Shown here in pieces: positions 1-11,547 of a stretch of 64,000 bases of DNA. Source of the stretch: Octopus vulgaris (lineage: Eukaryota); contig OX597832.1 of NCBI GenBank assembly GCA_951406725.2, positions 7,812,001 to 7,876,000 on the forward strand. The letters are read 5' to 3'. The notes under the pieces were generated by a model. That model did not search any database, had not been told where the DNA came from, and was given only the letters and a program-made list of their open reading frames with translations. The first letter of the stretch is position 1, and every line of letters starts with the position of its first letter. Both the position numbers and the translations under genes were made by a program.

Positions 1-400
1 ATTACTTGACAATCTATGATTATAAAATACACTCAACCTCACATACTGCTCTATTGATGATGTATACTTCTTTCCATCCCTGATATTGAGGGCGCCAGTT
101 TTACTTCTCTTTTGTTAACAGTTCATCTCTTACATTCATGCAGTATTACAGGATATACAATAGATTTTAACAATCTCTCATTTGTTCTTTACAATGTTCC
201 TTTATATTTCATAAGTTTCTCTTGTCATATGAGAAAACTTACTCTTCATCTTTATTTCATTTTATTTCATTTCATTAACAAAAATATGTTTCCAAGAGAA
301 GTAAAGCTATCTCCAAATACGCAATCTTACATACGATGTTAGATAAATTTATTGGGTTTTCAAAATTTGGTACTACTCTCTCTTGGTTTCCGTAGCATTC
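1..400 (-). mobile_element. Decayed RTE-clade LINE RT/thumb fragment
   Basis: Minus-strand translation of ~90-180 gives RLLKSIVYPVILHECKR*TV, matching the RTE motif RLxxSLVxPVLLYGCETWT. Interrupted by stops. Confidence 0.5.
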
Positions 401-602
401 TTTTCAAACACCTTATCATTTCAGCCCCAAATATGCCAACAAGACCGAAACAAGACTTTGCGGTTTTGTGAGGCTAACGGCTTCCTCCTTCTCCTTCTCC
501 TCCTCCTGCAATTGTTCTCTCTCACACCCATATGTATATGTATGTATGTATATTTTTCGTGTGTGTGTGGGGTTGGGGTCCGTTATATTAATACCAGAAT
601 TA

Positions 603-810
603 AGGGGGCAATCTTGTAGAAAGGGTAGCACGCCGGATAGAATATTTAGCAGCATTTCATCTGTCTTTACGTTCTGACTTCAAATTATGCTAAGGTCGAC
701 TTTGTCGTTCAACCCGCCGCGATCGATAAAATAAGTACCAGTCGAGCTTTGGGGTGATGTAATCGACTTCTCCACAACTCAAATTTGCTGGCCTTATGCC
801 AAAATAAGAA
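603..810 (+). mobile_element. SINE family B, old diverged copy
   Basis: aagggggc head, tacgttctgacttcaaat B-box-like segment, and ggtcgactttg...gataaaataagtaccag core shared with many copies in the window. Confidence 0.75.
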
Positions 811-892
811 TGGTATATTAATATCAAAATTACATTAAAGCACACTAATTCACTAACTTTTGAATAAATTGCTTTCAATCGATTCTCTAAAT

Positions 893-1000
893 CAGTGATT
901 CCCAAACGTTTTCGAGCTGTCGCGCCCTTAGCACCCAGGTCACATCAACCAACCACCACTACTCACCACCATAAACATAGATCAAATTAAAAACAATTGT
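893..1000 (+). mobile_element. Possible hAT-type MITE left end
   Basis: Starts CAGTGATTCCCAAAC, typical of hAT/Charlie TIRs. No matching right end was found. Confidence 0.3.
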
Positions 1001-1019
1001 ATTTCACGAATAAACTTAA

Positions 1020-1456
1020 GCTACACACACACACATGATAGAAAGTAAACTGAAAAAAGAAAAGGAAGACCAAAATTGCAGTTTTAACTTGTATTTCTAT
1101 ATATCGGGAGCCGGGGGGGGGGGGGGTAGCAGGGCCTCCTAAAACAACATAGCGAAGGACCATTGACAAGGAAAGAAAATGAGAAGGACGGAGAAATTTG
1201 AATGTGACCAGAACATTGGTAAAAAACAGATCTAGTTGAAGGGTTCATGTTGCGAGCCTTCTCCGCCTCATGGCATGGAAAGAACTAACTCACAATGGCC
1301 CAGACTGACTAAAGCTTTTTGAGGGAATTTTGGTAGAAAGTAACTGTATGGAAGTCCATTGTTCCAGCCTTACACCCTGAAATATAGAAATACAAAGTAA
1401 AACTGCAACTTGGTTCTGTTTCCTTTTCGTTTTATAATTTACTTCGTAACTTAAGC
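1020..1456. mobile_element. Inverted-repeat-bounded element carrying a SINE-A-related segment, copy 1
   Basis: tgcagttttaacttgtatttctatat (~1077-1102) is an inverted match to atatagaaatacaaagtaaaactgca (~1382-1407). The body is homologous to 2263-2742. Confidence 0.6.
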
Positions 1457-2262
1457 TTTCACAAATGAACTTAACCCATTAATTTGTTTTTACATCCATT
1501 GCTCCCTTTTGACCATCCCATTATAGCCCCAAATTTTATTCAAAGTCCTCTCCCGATCTTTCCACCGCTACCTACTACTGCTTTAAACCCTCAGCTCCCC
1601 ATCGAAAGTTGATTCACTCAGAATTTACTCAGAGAAGTGGTGCAGAAGGTGGCTAATGTTGAACTTAATGAGAATAACAACAATAAAAACAAACTGACAT
1701 TCATAAATATTTGAAACACCTATTGTTCACATTTAATTAATCTTTCTTTATTGAAAAAAAATATATGTCCTTAATTACATTTTTGTCTTCAATAGTAGGT
1801 ATGTATTATACAAGTTTTTAATTAAAGCAAATATTTTTTCTCAGAAAGTGTGAGATGTTTTTACACAGCCATGACCTTTTGCTCCGGAAATTGTTCCTTA
1901 ACACAAAGTTTTAGTTATTTGGATGTAGATTGTGACTTACGATTTGGATATATAAGGTACATGCATATCATTCATCTATTACTTGTTTCAGTCATTGGAC
2001 TGTGGCCATGCTGGGGCGCTGTCATGCATGGTTTATTCGAACACGTCAGCTACAGTACTTATTTTAAAGTCTGGTATATTTTGTTGCTGATTCACTGTAT
2101 TAGGGAGACGTAAACAAAACAACAACGGTTGTGAAGCGGTTGTGGTACAAACGAAGACATACCACACACATACGCATCACATTCATACACACAAGCACAC
2201 ACAAACGCACACACACACACACAACACACGCACACGCACACATACACACATATATGTATATA

Positions 2263-2742
2263 TTTAAAGAAGGTTATTCTGTAAGGTTGGAACAATGTGA
2301 GAAGGTACAAAATAAACTACAAATAAAAGAAAGCAGAACAAAAGAAACTGAAGAATGTTGCAGTTTTAACTTGTATTTCTATATATCGGGAGCCTGAGGC
2401 AAAACAGCAGCAGGGTACCCTAAAACCACCTATCGAAGGACCATTGACAAGGAAAGAAGACGGAGAAAGGCAGAGAAGCTCGAATGAGACCAGAACAGTG
2501 TTAGAAAACAGAGTTGGTTGGAGGGATCATATTGCGGACCTTCTGTACCTCATGGCACATTAAAGCTTTATGAAGTAATTTTGGTAGACAGGAACTGTAT
2601 GGGAGTCTCTTGTTCCGGCTTTACACACGAAAATATAGAAATACAATTTAAAACTGCAACTTAGTTCTACTTACTCTTCCTAGTGTAGTTTAGTTTGTAC
2701 CACCTCCCATTGTTCTGGCCTTACAGAACGACTTTCTTTAAA
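2263..2742. mobile_element. Inverted-repeat-bounded element, copy 2 (~120 bp imperfect IRs)
   Basis: Left arm tttaaagaaggttattctgtaaggttggaacaatgtgagaaggtacaaaataaactac versus right arm gtagtttagtttgtaccacctcccattgttctggccttacagaacgactttctttaaa. It lies next to an old SINE-A tail half (1975-2260). Confidence 0.65.
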
Positions 2743-2784
2743 GCTGTACCTCACAATGCTTCACCAAAACTACCTCATATATAT

Positions 2785-2834
<50 letters not shown>

Positions 2835-2835
<1 letters not shown>

Positions 2836-3092
2836 TGTAGAACGAGCTTCCTTACAGATTCTGCAAACCAAAATTCCCTCACAAATCTTTTGTCAGCCTA
2901 GGGCATTGTTAGGTAGTTCTTTCCATGCCATGAGGCACAGAAGGCCCGCACCATGATCCCTCCAACCAGCTCTCTTTTCCATCAATGTTCGGTCTTATTC
3001 CAGATTCTCTAACATTCTCATCTTCTTTCCTTGTCAATGGTTCTTCGCTATGTGGTTTTAGGATGCCCTGCTGCGCTTTTCCCCTTCAGACT
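2835..3092 (-). repeat. Inverted copy of the internal body of the 2263-2742 element
   Basis: Reverse complement of ~2390-2605, e.g. ttccttgtcaatggttcttcgctatgtggttttagg versus cctaaaaccacctatcgaaggaccattgacaaggaa. Confidence 0.75.
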
Positions 3093-3367
3093 GGCACATT
3101 GGTGCCATCGTACAATGACTTTCACGATCTTGTCTGAGAATATGTCCGATTCAATTCCCTTCGTCTTGCTTCGTCTCTGTTCCTGGAAGACTTTGTTTAC
3201 CTCGGGGCTATGTTAAAATACATTTATCCAAAGTGCCGTGCGGTGTCATTTGAACCCGAACCAGCGTGCATGCAAAGAGATCTTCGTCACCTCGCAAGAG
3301 TTCCTACTTTTATATATAAACATATTATGAAAGACTGCCTTACGGTTTCCGTCTTCCTATTCAATGT

Positions 3368-3572
3368 TTTTTACTCTTTTACTTGTTTCAGTCATTTGAC
3401 TGTGGCCATGCTGGAGCACCGCCTTTAGTCGAGAAAATCAACCACAGGACTTATTATTTGTAAGCCTCGTACGTATTCTATCAGTCACTTTTGTCGAACC
3501 GTTAAGTTACGGGGGGCGTAAACACACCAGCATCGGTTGTCAAGCGATGTTGGGGGACAAACACACACAAAT

Positions 3573-3661
<89 letters not shown>

Positions 3662-3803
3662 CATATATATATATACATATATACGAAGGGCTTCTTTCAG
3701 TTTCCGTCTACCAAATCTACTCACAAGGCTTTGGTCGGTGGGACTGAACCCGAAATCATGTGGTTGGTAAGAAAGCTACTTACCACACAGACACTCCTAC
3801 GCC
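3368..3803 (-). mobile_element. SINE family A (composite tRNA-derived SINE with internal microsatellite), internally deleted
   Basis: Reverse complement of the 54738 copy. Contains an internal (CA)n(TA)n tract and an (AAGAGTA)-like tail. Confidence 0.85.
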
Positions 3804-4469
3804 AATTGACCACATTGTCCACATATGATGATGGTCAGCCCGAAAATATAATTAAAGACACGCACAAAAAGTAAGTAACGGGCTCTAGAATCGAACCAGA
3901 GAAAATGTGGTAGCAAAACACCACTTTTAACCATATGGCTAAAACTATTTTTGCGTTAGTTTATACTTGAAATCTTCAATGCATTACTGTAATACAATAT
4001 ATTTTCATAGAAACATAGTTTGACATATTATTTATATTTAAGAAAGAAAGTCTATTTGTTGAACCATAATATTTATCAAACCTCTGTGTCACTACAAGTG
4101 GAAATGGAAAACTGAACATTCAAAGTTTACATGTATCATTTTTTATAAATTATTTCTAAGCATGCAGAAGTTTGATTAGAAACGTGAGCTGCATAAACTT
4201 TTGCGTGCAATCGGAAGAATACAGAGAACGAAGAGAGAAATATAATTTTGCACAGGGAACAGTATATGCTAATTAAGTGATGTTTATCTCTGTACAGTGT
4301 AATTTTGTCAATAATTACAAAATTTAATGTTCTTCGGTCTACAACCGATATGAACATAGCATCCATTTATAGTTCGACGGATTTCGGTAAAAAACATAAA
4401 TAAAGTCTTTCACATTAGCAGATGACTACCAATCAGGTACGGTTTTCAAATGTAACGCATATATACATA

Positions 4470-4765
4470 CGTATGTATGTATGTATGTATGTATGTATGT
4501 ATGTATGTATGTATGTATGTATGTATGTATGTATGTATGTATGCATGTATGTATGTATGTATGTATGTATGTATGTATGCATGTATGTATGTATATATGT
4601 AGGTATGTATGTATGTATGTATGTATGTATGTATGCATGTATGTATGTATGTATGTATGTATGTATGTATGTATGTGTGTATGTATGCATGTGTGTATGT
4701 ATGTATGTATGTATGTGTGTGTATGTATGTATGTATGTATGTATGTATGTATGCATGCATGCATG

Positions 4766-4799
<34 letters not shown>

Positions 4800-4925
4800 T
4801 GTATGTATGTATGCATGCATGCATGTATGTATGTATGTATGCAGGTATGCATGCATGTGTGTGTATGTATGTATGCGTGTGTGTATGCATGTGTCTGCAT
4901 GTATGCATGGATTATATGCATGTAT
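4470..4925. repeat. (TATG)n compound microsatellite
   Basis: Direct tandem tetramer repeat with TGCA variants. Confidence 0.95.
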
Positions 4926-5189
4926 ATAACGATGTGTATATATATATATTAATATATGTGCATATAAATATAATATTACTTCTATAAATACATATGCACG
5001 TGAATGCCTGCATATGAATGTTTGCGTGTACGCAATTACACGTACATATATGTAAAAGCACACATGAGCACAGATAAATACCTACGTCCGTACGCATAGG
5101 CAGGCACAAATCCACACACATACATACACACACATACATACACATGCATGCATACTTAAATATGTATGTGTATGTGTGTTTGTGTGTGT

Positions 5190-5237
<48 letters not shown>

Positions 5238-5744
5238 GTGCGTTTGAGTATGTGTTCGTATGTGTGTATGTGTGTTTGTTGTTAAAATAAACGAAAGGAC
5301 TCGAAATCAATTGTTGGAAAATTTCTTGGCCAAGGATCATGTTAATTCTCTATGCATATACTACTCGGAACTCAGATTTTTCCTTCTTTGGAATAGACGC
5401 ATATAATTAAAGAAAAATATTTATTTCATTTCCCAACACATAAATAAACAATTTACAAGGGAAGGCCTTATAAGAAACAACCTTCTTATTTTTACGTATT
5501 GAGTATTGTCAGTATTTGGGCATTCAACATAATTCACATATCAACTCTACGTGATATAAACAGGGCGCTGTTATCTTCTATGTCTAAAATTATTACTTGA
5601 CGAGGTGTAATGCAAAAATTAAATCTATTTGCCATTAGAGCGTCTTCAATTGAAATCGTATATCAACTACGTTATGAAGCATTTAGCATTAAAACGTTTG
5701 CTGAAGAAATGTCATTGGACAGGAATATTGGCACATAGCCAGCA

Positions 5745-6388
5745 ATTTGGGCTTCGGGTATGTCGATTACAACGACTCCAGTGCTCAACTACTATTTATT
5801 TTATCGAACCCGAAGGGTGAACTGCAGAATCGACCCCGACCGCCTTTGAACTCAAAACCCAATAGCAGATGAAATGCTGTTAATCGAATTGCCCGGTGTG
5901 CTAACGATTATACCGGTTCACCAAATTGATTACACAGAAATATTAGCATCAAACTTTGGCACATGTCTAGCAGTTTCAGAGAAGGGAGTTCGGTGATTAC
6001 ATCAATTCTTGTACTCAGTACTTATTTCATCGCGCCCCAAAGGATGAAAAGCTAAGTCGATCTCAGCGGAATTTGAACACAGAATGTAAAGACGAACTAG
6101 ATACTGTTAGGCATTTTGCCCGGCATTCTAACGATTCTGCCAGCTCGCCACCTTAAATTGCTTGCAAATATTAATTTCATATTTTAGCACAAGGCCGGGA
6201 ATTTCGGGAAGGGTTTAAGTCGATTACGTCGACTCCAGTGTTCAACTGGTACTTATGTGATCGATGCCGAAAGGATGAAAAGTAAAGTCGACCTCGGCAG
6301 AATTTGAACTCAGAACGTAAGGACAAAGACAAAATGCCGTTGCACATTTTGCTCGGCCTGCTAACGATTCTACCAGCTTGATGTCTTA
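5745..6388 (-). mobile_element. Three tandem SINE-B copies
   Basis: Three repeats of ...gtcgacctcggcggaatttgaactcagaacgta...ctaacgattctgccagctcgcc, separated by short AT-rich linkers. Confidence 0.85.
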
Positions 6389-6969
6389 GATTACACAGAA
6401 ATTTGAATCACTTGAAAGTTTTTTAGTCGAGCATTCTTTTCAAAACATGGCCGCTTCACGTACTAAGAAATGCAGAGATGTACAAAAAGTCACCACCTTC
6501 AAATACGTGGGCAATAATTTGTCTAGAATAGTAGTTTAGCAAAAATAGAATAAAATAATAAATAAAGATAAAACTAAAAATAATAAAAGAACGAATTCGA
6601 GATCAAAAGTGGTTCAATATCTGCATGAAAACTTTCACTAAAGTACGAAACTTGTTATCAAAAAGCGGATAAACACTGAAGAAATACCCTGTCAGTATGC
6701 AAAAGAAACTAGTAAAAGATTGTTATGTCTACAAATTTAATTTAGAAAACAAACGGATACACACTGGATAAGCATGGTCTTGATATGAAATATATGGTTA
6801 AATCTTTAGTCGAGATGTGAACGAATACATGGTGGAAAATAATCGTGTTAATATACAAAACTTTTTATCAATGATAAAACAAATAGTGTTCAAGAAAAAA
6901 AGGGCGATAAATGAGAGAAGCATTAGACAGACATGGGTCGATTTTGTGTTAATATTACAAATAATTTCT

Positions 6970-7612
6970 AAGGTGGTCAGCTGGCAGAATCGTTAGCGTT
7001 ATTTCGTCTGCCGCTACGTTCTGAGTTCAAATTCCGCCGAGGTCGACTTTGCCTTTCATCCTTTCGGGGTCGATAAATTAAGTACCAGTTGCGCACTGGG
7101 GTCGACGTAATCGACTGAATACTTTTGTCTGTCCTTGTTTGTCTCCTCTATGTTTAGCCCCTTGTGGGCAATAAAGAAATAAGAATCTTTACTATGCCAT
7201 GCACGTTGATTAGCAGCATTTCGTCCGTCCTTACGTTCTGACTTCAAATTCATCTAGGGCTGAGTTCAAATTCAGCCGAGGCCACTTTTGGGGTCGATAA
7301 AATAACTACCAGTCTAATACTGGGATCGCTATAATCGGCTTACACCCTTTCCGAAATTGCCGGCCTTGCGCCAAAATTTGAAAGTAATATTTCTGTATAA
7401 TTTAAGGCGGCGAGTTCGCAGAGTTGTTAGCACGCTGGGCCAGATGCTAAGCATCATGTCGTCCCTGTCTACATTCTGAGTTCAAATTGCGCGGAGGTTG
7501 ACTTTGCCTTTCATCCTTTTAGGGTCGATAAAATATGTACCAGTTGAGGACCGGGATCGTGTCATCGATTTGCTCCCCTCCCCGAAATTGCTGTCCTCGA
7601 GCCCAAATTTGT
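6970..7612 (+). mobile_element. SINE-B cluster; a young tailed copy nested in an older copy, plus a third copy
   Basis: The young copy ends ...tagccccttgtgggcaataaagaaata (~7180), then the old head resumes (agaatctttactatgcc). The third copy starts aaggcggcgag at 7404. Confidence 0.85.
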
Positions 7613-8239
7613 AATGAATATTACAAATGATTTATCAAAGAATATATATACCGAAAATATAGAGCCAAATATATGGTGTAGAACATTCAGATACTCACAC
7701 ACAAACACATTGAGGCATACAAGCACACATACGGTTACACTTCACACACGGATGTACACAGAAACACAGGTGCGCATTTTATGACAGGATTCTTCAAGCT
7801 TTATGCCTACGATTAACGTAAGAAAGGCATTTATCATTCAAGATCTACACACAAAAAAAAAAATCGAAAAAACACAAGCTCACAGTGACGTGCTTTGGGT
7901 GTTAAGTAAGAAAAGAATCAATTCTAGACCAATAATGGTTCAATATCTACGTGAAAACCTTTGATACCAAAACTACGAAACTTGGTATCAAAAAACGGAA
8001 AAAACATTGAAGAAGTACCTTGTCAGTGTGAAAAAGAAAATAGAAGATTGTTATATTTCTTCATCAGGAATGAAACAACAGTAAGTTAATAGGACATTGA
8101 TGAGGAACATTTACATTGTAAAACGTTTTCTAAAAAAGAGTCATTACACAGAAATATGTCTCTGACACTTAGAGATATGCAGGAAACACTCTCTTAGAAC
8201 AATGGAGTGTTCGTATACAAAGAAATACACGGGAGTTAA

Positions 8240-8535
8240 ATATGTTTCTTTATTAGCCACACGGGGCTGCACACAGACGGGATAGATTACAAAGAACTTT
8301 TCTTTTTGGGGAGAAAAAAAAAGAAAGTGAGGGTAGGTTTTCGATCATAAGGGATCGTAAACGGGAAAGAAAAAGGGGAAAGAAAAAAGAAAAAGAAAAA
8401 AACCGGTCAATAGGGATCGTGTATCACAGAAATGTCATGAAGTAAAGTGTAAAGGGGGAAGCAGATAAGGTTTATCCGTGGAAAGAAAAGCCTACAGAAA
8501 AGACCACGGTAACCTCGGTCAATAATGTTACATGT
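8240..8535 (-). mobile_element. Probable LINE 3' end/UTR (L1/Tx1-like) sharing its terminus with the SINE-B tail
   Basis: Minus strand ends tcccgtctgtgtgcagccccgtgtggctaataaagaaacata, with a stem-loop plus AATAAA. The clade call is inference. Confidence 0.5.
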
Positions 8536-8580
8536 TACCACCTTTGTTTGCAAATAGGTAACACGAATGGGAAGTATGTA

Positions 8581-8925
8581 CAGAGTGTAACAGGTAAATT
8601 GGGACCATCTAAATTTTTTTATCATAATTGGTATAATTCAGAAAAATGAAACAACAAATTTTATGCCAGTTTATTGTGGAATGTCCAGCACCTGTTTCAG
8701 TTCAATGGGATCACTATTCGCTTTCTTTACCAGTTCAATCCGTTTCCGAAATGCTGCGCATGCCTTAACTATTTCTTCATTTTTCATTTTATAGAATTCT
8801 CGCTTGATCAAAGCCTTTAGTGAAGACACACAGTTGTGAGGAGTTGTGTTGGATATTGGTTCAACTGTGTCCCATAGCCAACAATCACAGGAATTCAAAT
8901 CTGGCGAGCTAGAGGGCCAGATATT
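8581..8925 (-). mobile_element. Tc1/mariner-superfamily transposase C-terminus and TIR, truncated at the Penelope element
   Basis: WPSSSPDLNSCDCWLW...KACAAFRKRIELVKKANSDPIE matches the WPxxSPDLNP motif. TA followed by CAGAGTGT at 8579-8588 looks like a TIR end. Confidence 0.8.
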
Positions 8926-8944
8926 GACTCCATCAATTCCTAGG

Positions 8945-8990
8945 GATATCTGAAGAAATTTATTGCATTCCGAAATATCACATCAGACAA
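8945..8990 (+). ncRNA. Degenerate minimal hammerhead ribozyme motif in the pLTR
   Basis: CTGAAGA(8950-8956)-aatttattgcattcc-GAAA(8972-8975)-tatcacATC. The paralogue at ~10728 reads atctggagaaggaa, restoring the GGAA/TTCC stem II. Confidence 0.5.
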
Positions 8991-9387
8991 TGGATATCCC
9001 AAGGAATTGATGGAGTTCCTGCTATAATCGGTTTTCCAAAGGCTTTTCTGGTTTTTTTTTCCGGAAGCGTCTCAGCAGTGGTCTCACGATGCTCCTTCCG
9101 GAATTCCTCATGAGGAGTGCGTGAGATCGGCCATGTCTCAATCTCGTGTTTGCTGGCACATCTCTATCGCTGCTTCTAAATTATGTGTTATACGTGCAGC
9201 TTCCTTTTTTTCCACTTCATTTTTTTCTCTTTTTTTGGTTATAATCAATACATGAGCATGTTATGAAAAATGAAAATGCACACATCCAGATGTAGCTAAA
9301 TAATGTATTGATTACCAATCTCCAGCCCGTTGTTAATTTGGGGCCCTAGTCTGTGTATGCGTATAGCTTCCTTAATTCTTAAATTAT

Positions 9388-10345
9388 ATGAACCATCTGG
9401 AACGTCGAGCACTCAACATTTGCGTTAATGCGCCTTCTTCATCAGGTACGCAGCTGACATCCTCATACTCACATCCTCCCGTGAAGAGGCTGACAGAATC
9501 TTCACGACGTTCAATAACATTGACATGAACATAAAGTTCACTATAGAACATCCCGACATCACTGGATCGCTATCATTACTTGACTTCAAACTGAATATAA
9601 CGCAGGAAGGGGAGATCCACACTGAGTTCTACAGGAAAGCAGCCAGTAGATATATGTTTGTCCTGTACAATTAGGCACTTCCACTCGGCGCCAAAATAGG
9701 ATACGCCAGAAATGAACTTGCACGCATCCAGAGCAAGTGCAGTAGGACAGTGGACAAGGTGGCCCACACTACACGCTTCCTAGATATATTGAAAATCAAC
9801 GAGTAATCTAGATCCATTGTAAATCGGCTTAAGTACCCAAGACAACCAGCACGCCGAACACATAGAAAACCCAGCAACACATGCTTCCTTAAAATACCCC
9901 ATTTTAGCGAGAGGATAACTACATCTATCCGAAGAGCCATAAGAAGAGAAGGTCTAGACATACATCTAGCCCACTCCGCTCCCTCTCTGAGAAGACGCCT
10001 AGCAAAGAAACAAACAATGGACAACAATCAAGGTACACTAGCAAACTGTCCCATACGTGACACAGATTTATGCCAACGGGCTAATGTTGCGTATAGAATA
10101 CAATGTAACAAATGCAACAAGTTCTATGTGGGTAGCACAACAAGACCGTTACACGTCCGCATCAAAGAACAGCTGAATACGAGAGCCTCCACATTCAGAA
10201 AACATCTGGACAGATACCGGAACACCAACAAAAGCATAACAGTCACAATTCAGGTCAATGAAAGAAATTTGGGTAATCTAAGAATTAAGCAAGCTATCCT
10301 CATACACAGACTAGGGCCCCAAATTAACAACATGCTGGAAGTTCA
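9388..10345 (+). pseudogene. Penelope RT C-terminus + GIY-YIG endonuclease (frameshifts and stops)
   Basis: MNHLER; FIRYAADILILT; NIKFTIEHPDITGSLSLLDF; FYRK; and CQRANVAYRIQCNKCNKFYVGSTTRPLHVRIKEQ...LRIKQAILIHRLGPQIN. Confidence 0.9.
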
Positions 10346-10881
10346 TTATTTATATTATTTATATTTGACGGATATTTAGAGGGTGGAATTTGGTAGTCAA
10401 TATATCATTTAGCTATATCTGGATGCGTGTATGTTCGTTTTTGATAACATGCTCATGTATTGTTTATAACAAAAAAAAAAAAGAGAGAAAAAGGAGAAGG
10501 GAAAAAAGAAAGCTGCACATATAACATATAACTTAGAAGCAGCGCTACAGATATGCCAGCACACACGAGATTGAGACATGGTCGACCTCACACACTTCTC
10601 ATGAGAAATTCCATAAGGAGCTTCGTGAGACCACTGCTGAGACGCTTCCAAAACAAACAAAAAACAAAGACAACACAAAAGCCGTTGGAAAACCGATTAT
10701 AGCAGGGACTCCATCGATTCCGAGGGATATCTGGAGAAGGAACTTTTATCAAACTATGGATGATTAAATTACAACAGTTATTATAGTCCGTTGTTTGTAT
10801 TATATAATGTATTGTTGTGTCATTCAAAACATTTTATTCTTTATATATACATGCACACACACACACACACACACACACGCA

Positions 10882-10971
<90 letters not shown>

Positions 10972-10972
<1 letters not shown>

Positions 10973-11203
10973 CAATAACATGTACGGAGAAAATCATATC
11001 TTTATTCAGATGAAACCTTAAAAATCTGGTATTCCTTGAAGAAATCTGTCCAGAGGTATTCCTTATATAACGCAAATAATTAGAAAATGAAGAAAAACAT
11101 AGATTAACCAGTATTTCGATAGGACCACATTTAAAGCGCTTGTTTATTGATACAAAGCAAAACATAACAGAGCTAACAGCTGTTTCCGATCAGATTTCCA
11201 GAA
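10972..11203 (-). mobile_element. Probable Penelope pLTR fragment between microsatellites
   Basis: Minus strand has GAAACAGCTGTT (3' half of a hammerhead with palindromic stem III) at ~11176-11186. The 5' half is absent at the (TA)n boundary. Confidence 0.35.
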
Positions 11204-11246
11204 TATATATATAGATATAGATATATATATATATATATATATATAT

Positions 11247-11547
11247 GGCCCTCCATCGGTAACTACGATAGGTGTTCCAGTTGATCCGATCCTGTTCGTC
11301 AAATATATGTGTAAGCGGCTGAAAACTCCACAGACACTTTTACCCATAACATTATCTCAGGGATATTGACAGAATGTGACAATGCCGCCTGTTTGAGATA
11401 CATGTGCACCTCATTTTTGCCCCTGCTTATTGGACTGGAGCAATGTGATATAAAATGTCTTGCTCAATGATACAATGTACCTCCTAGAATCGAACCTACA
11501 ACTCTCACGGTCGTGAGCTGAATACCCTAACTTCTAAGCCATGCGCC
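11247..11547 (-). mobile_element. SINE family C (tRNA head, CORE-like body, RTE-type tail)
   Basis: Minus strand: ggcgcatggcttagaagttagggtattc (A box), ggttcgattc (B box), ttgagcaagaca...ttgctccagtcca body, gatcggatcaactggaacac tail. Confidence 0.7.

Larger units (their letters stand above)
8926..10745 (+). mobile_element. 5'-truncated Penelope-like element with inverted 5' pLTR
   Basis: Contains RT and GIY-YIG remnants. ~8990-9386 is the reverse complement of ~10273-10730. Confidence 0.9.

Noticed and set aside
4422-5340. Long ORFs (MYVC/HTYI repeats), and likewise at 16230-17011, 25546-26493 and 31679-32383
   Set aside because: These are translations of stop-free microsatellites, not genes.
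6674-6725. CTGAAGA...GAAACTAGTA hammerhead-like string
   Set aside because: Stem II does not abut GAAA, and the motif is not kept in the paralogous repeat near 8005.
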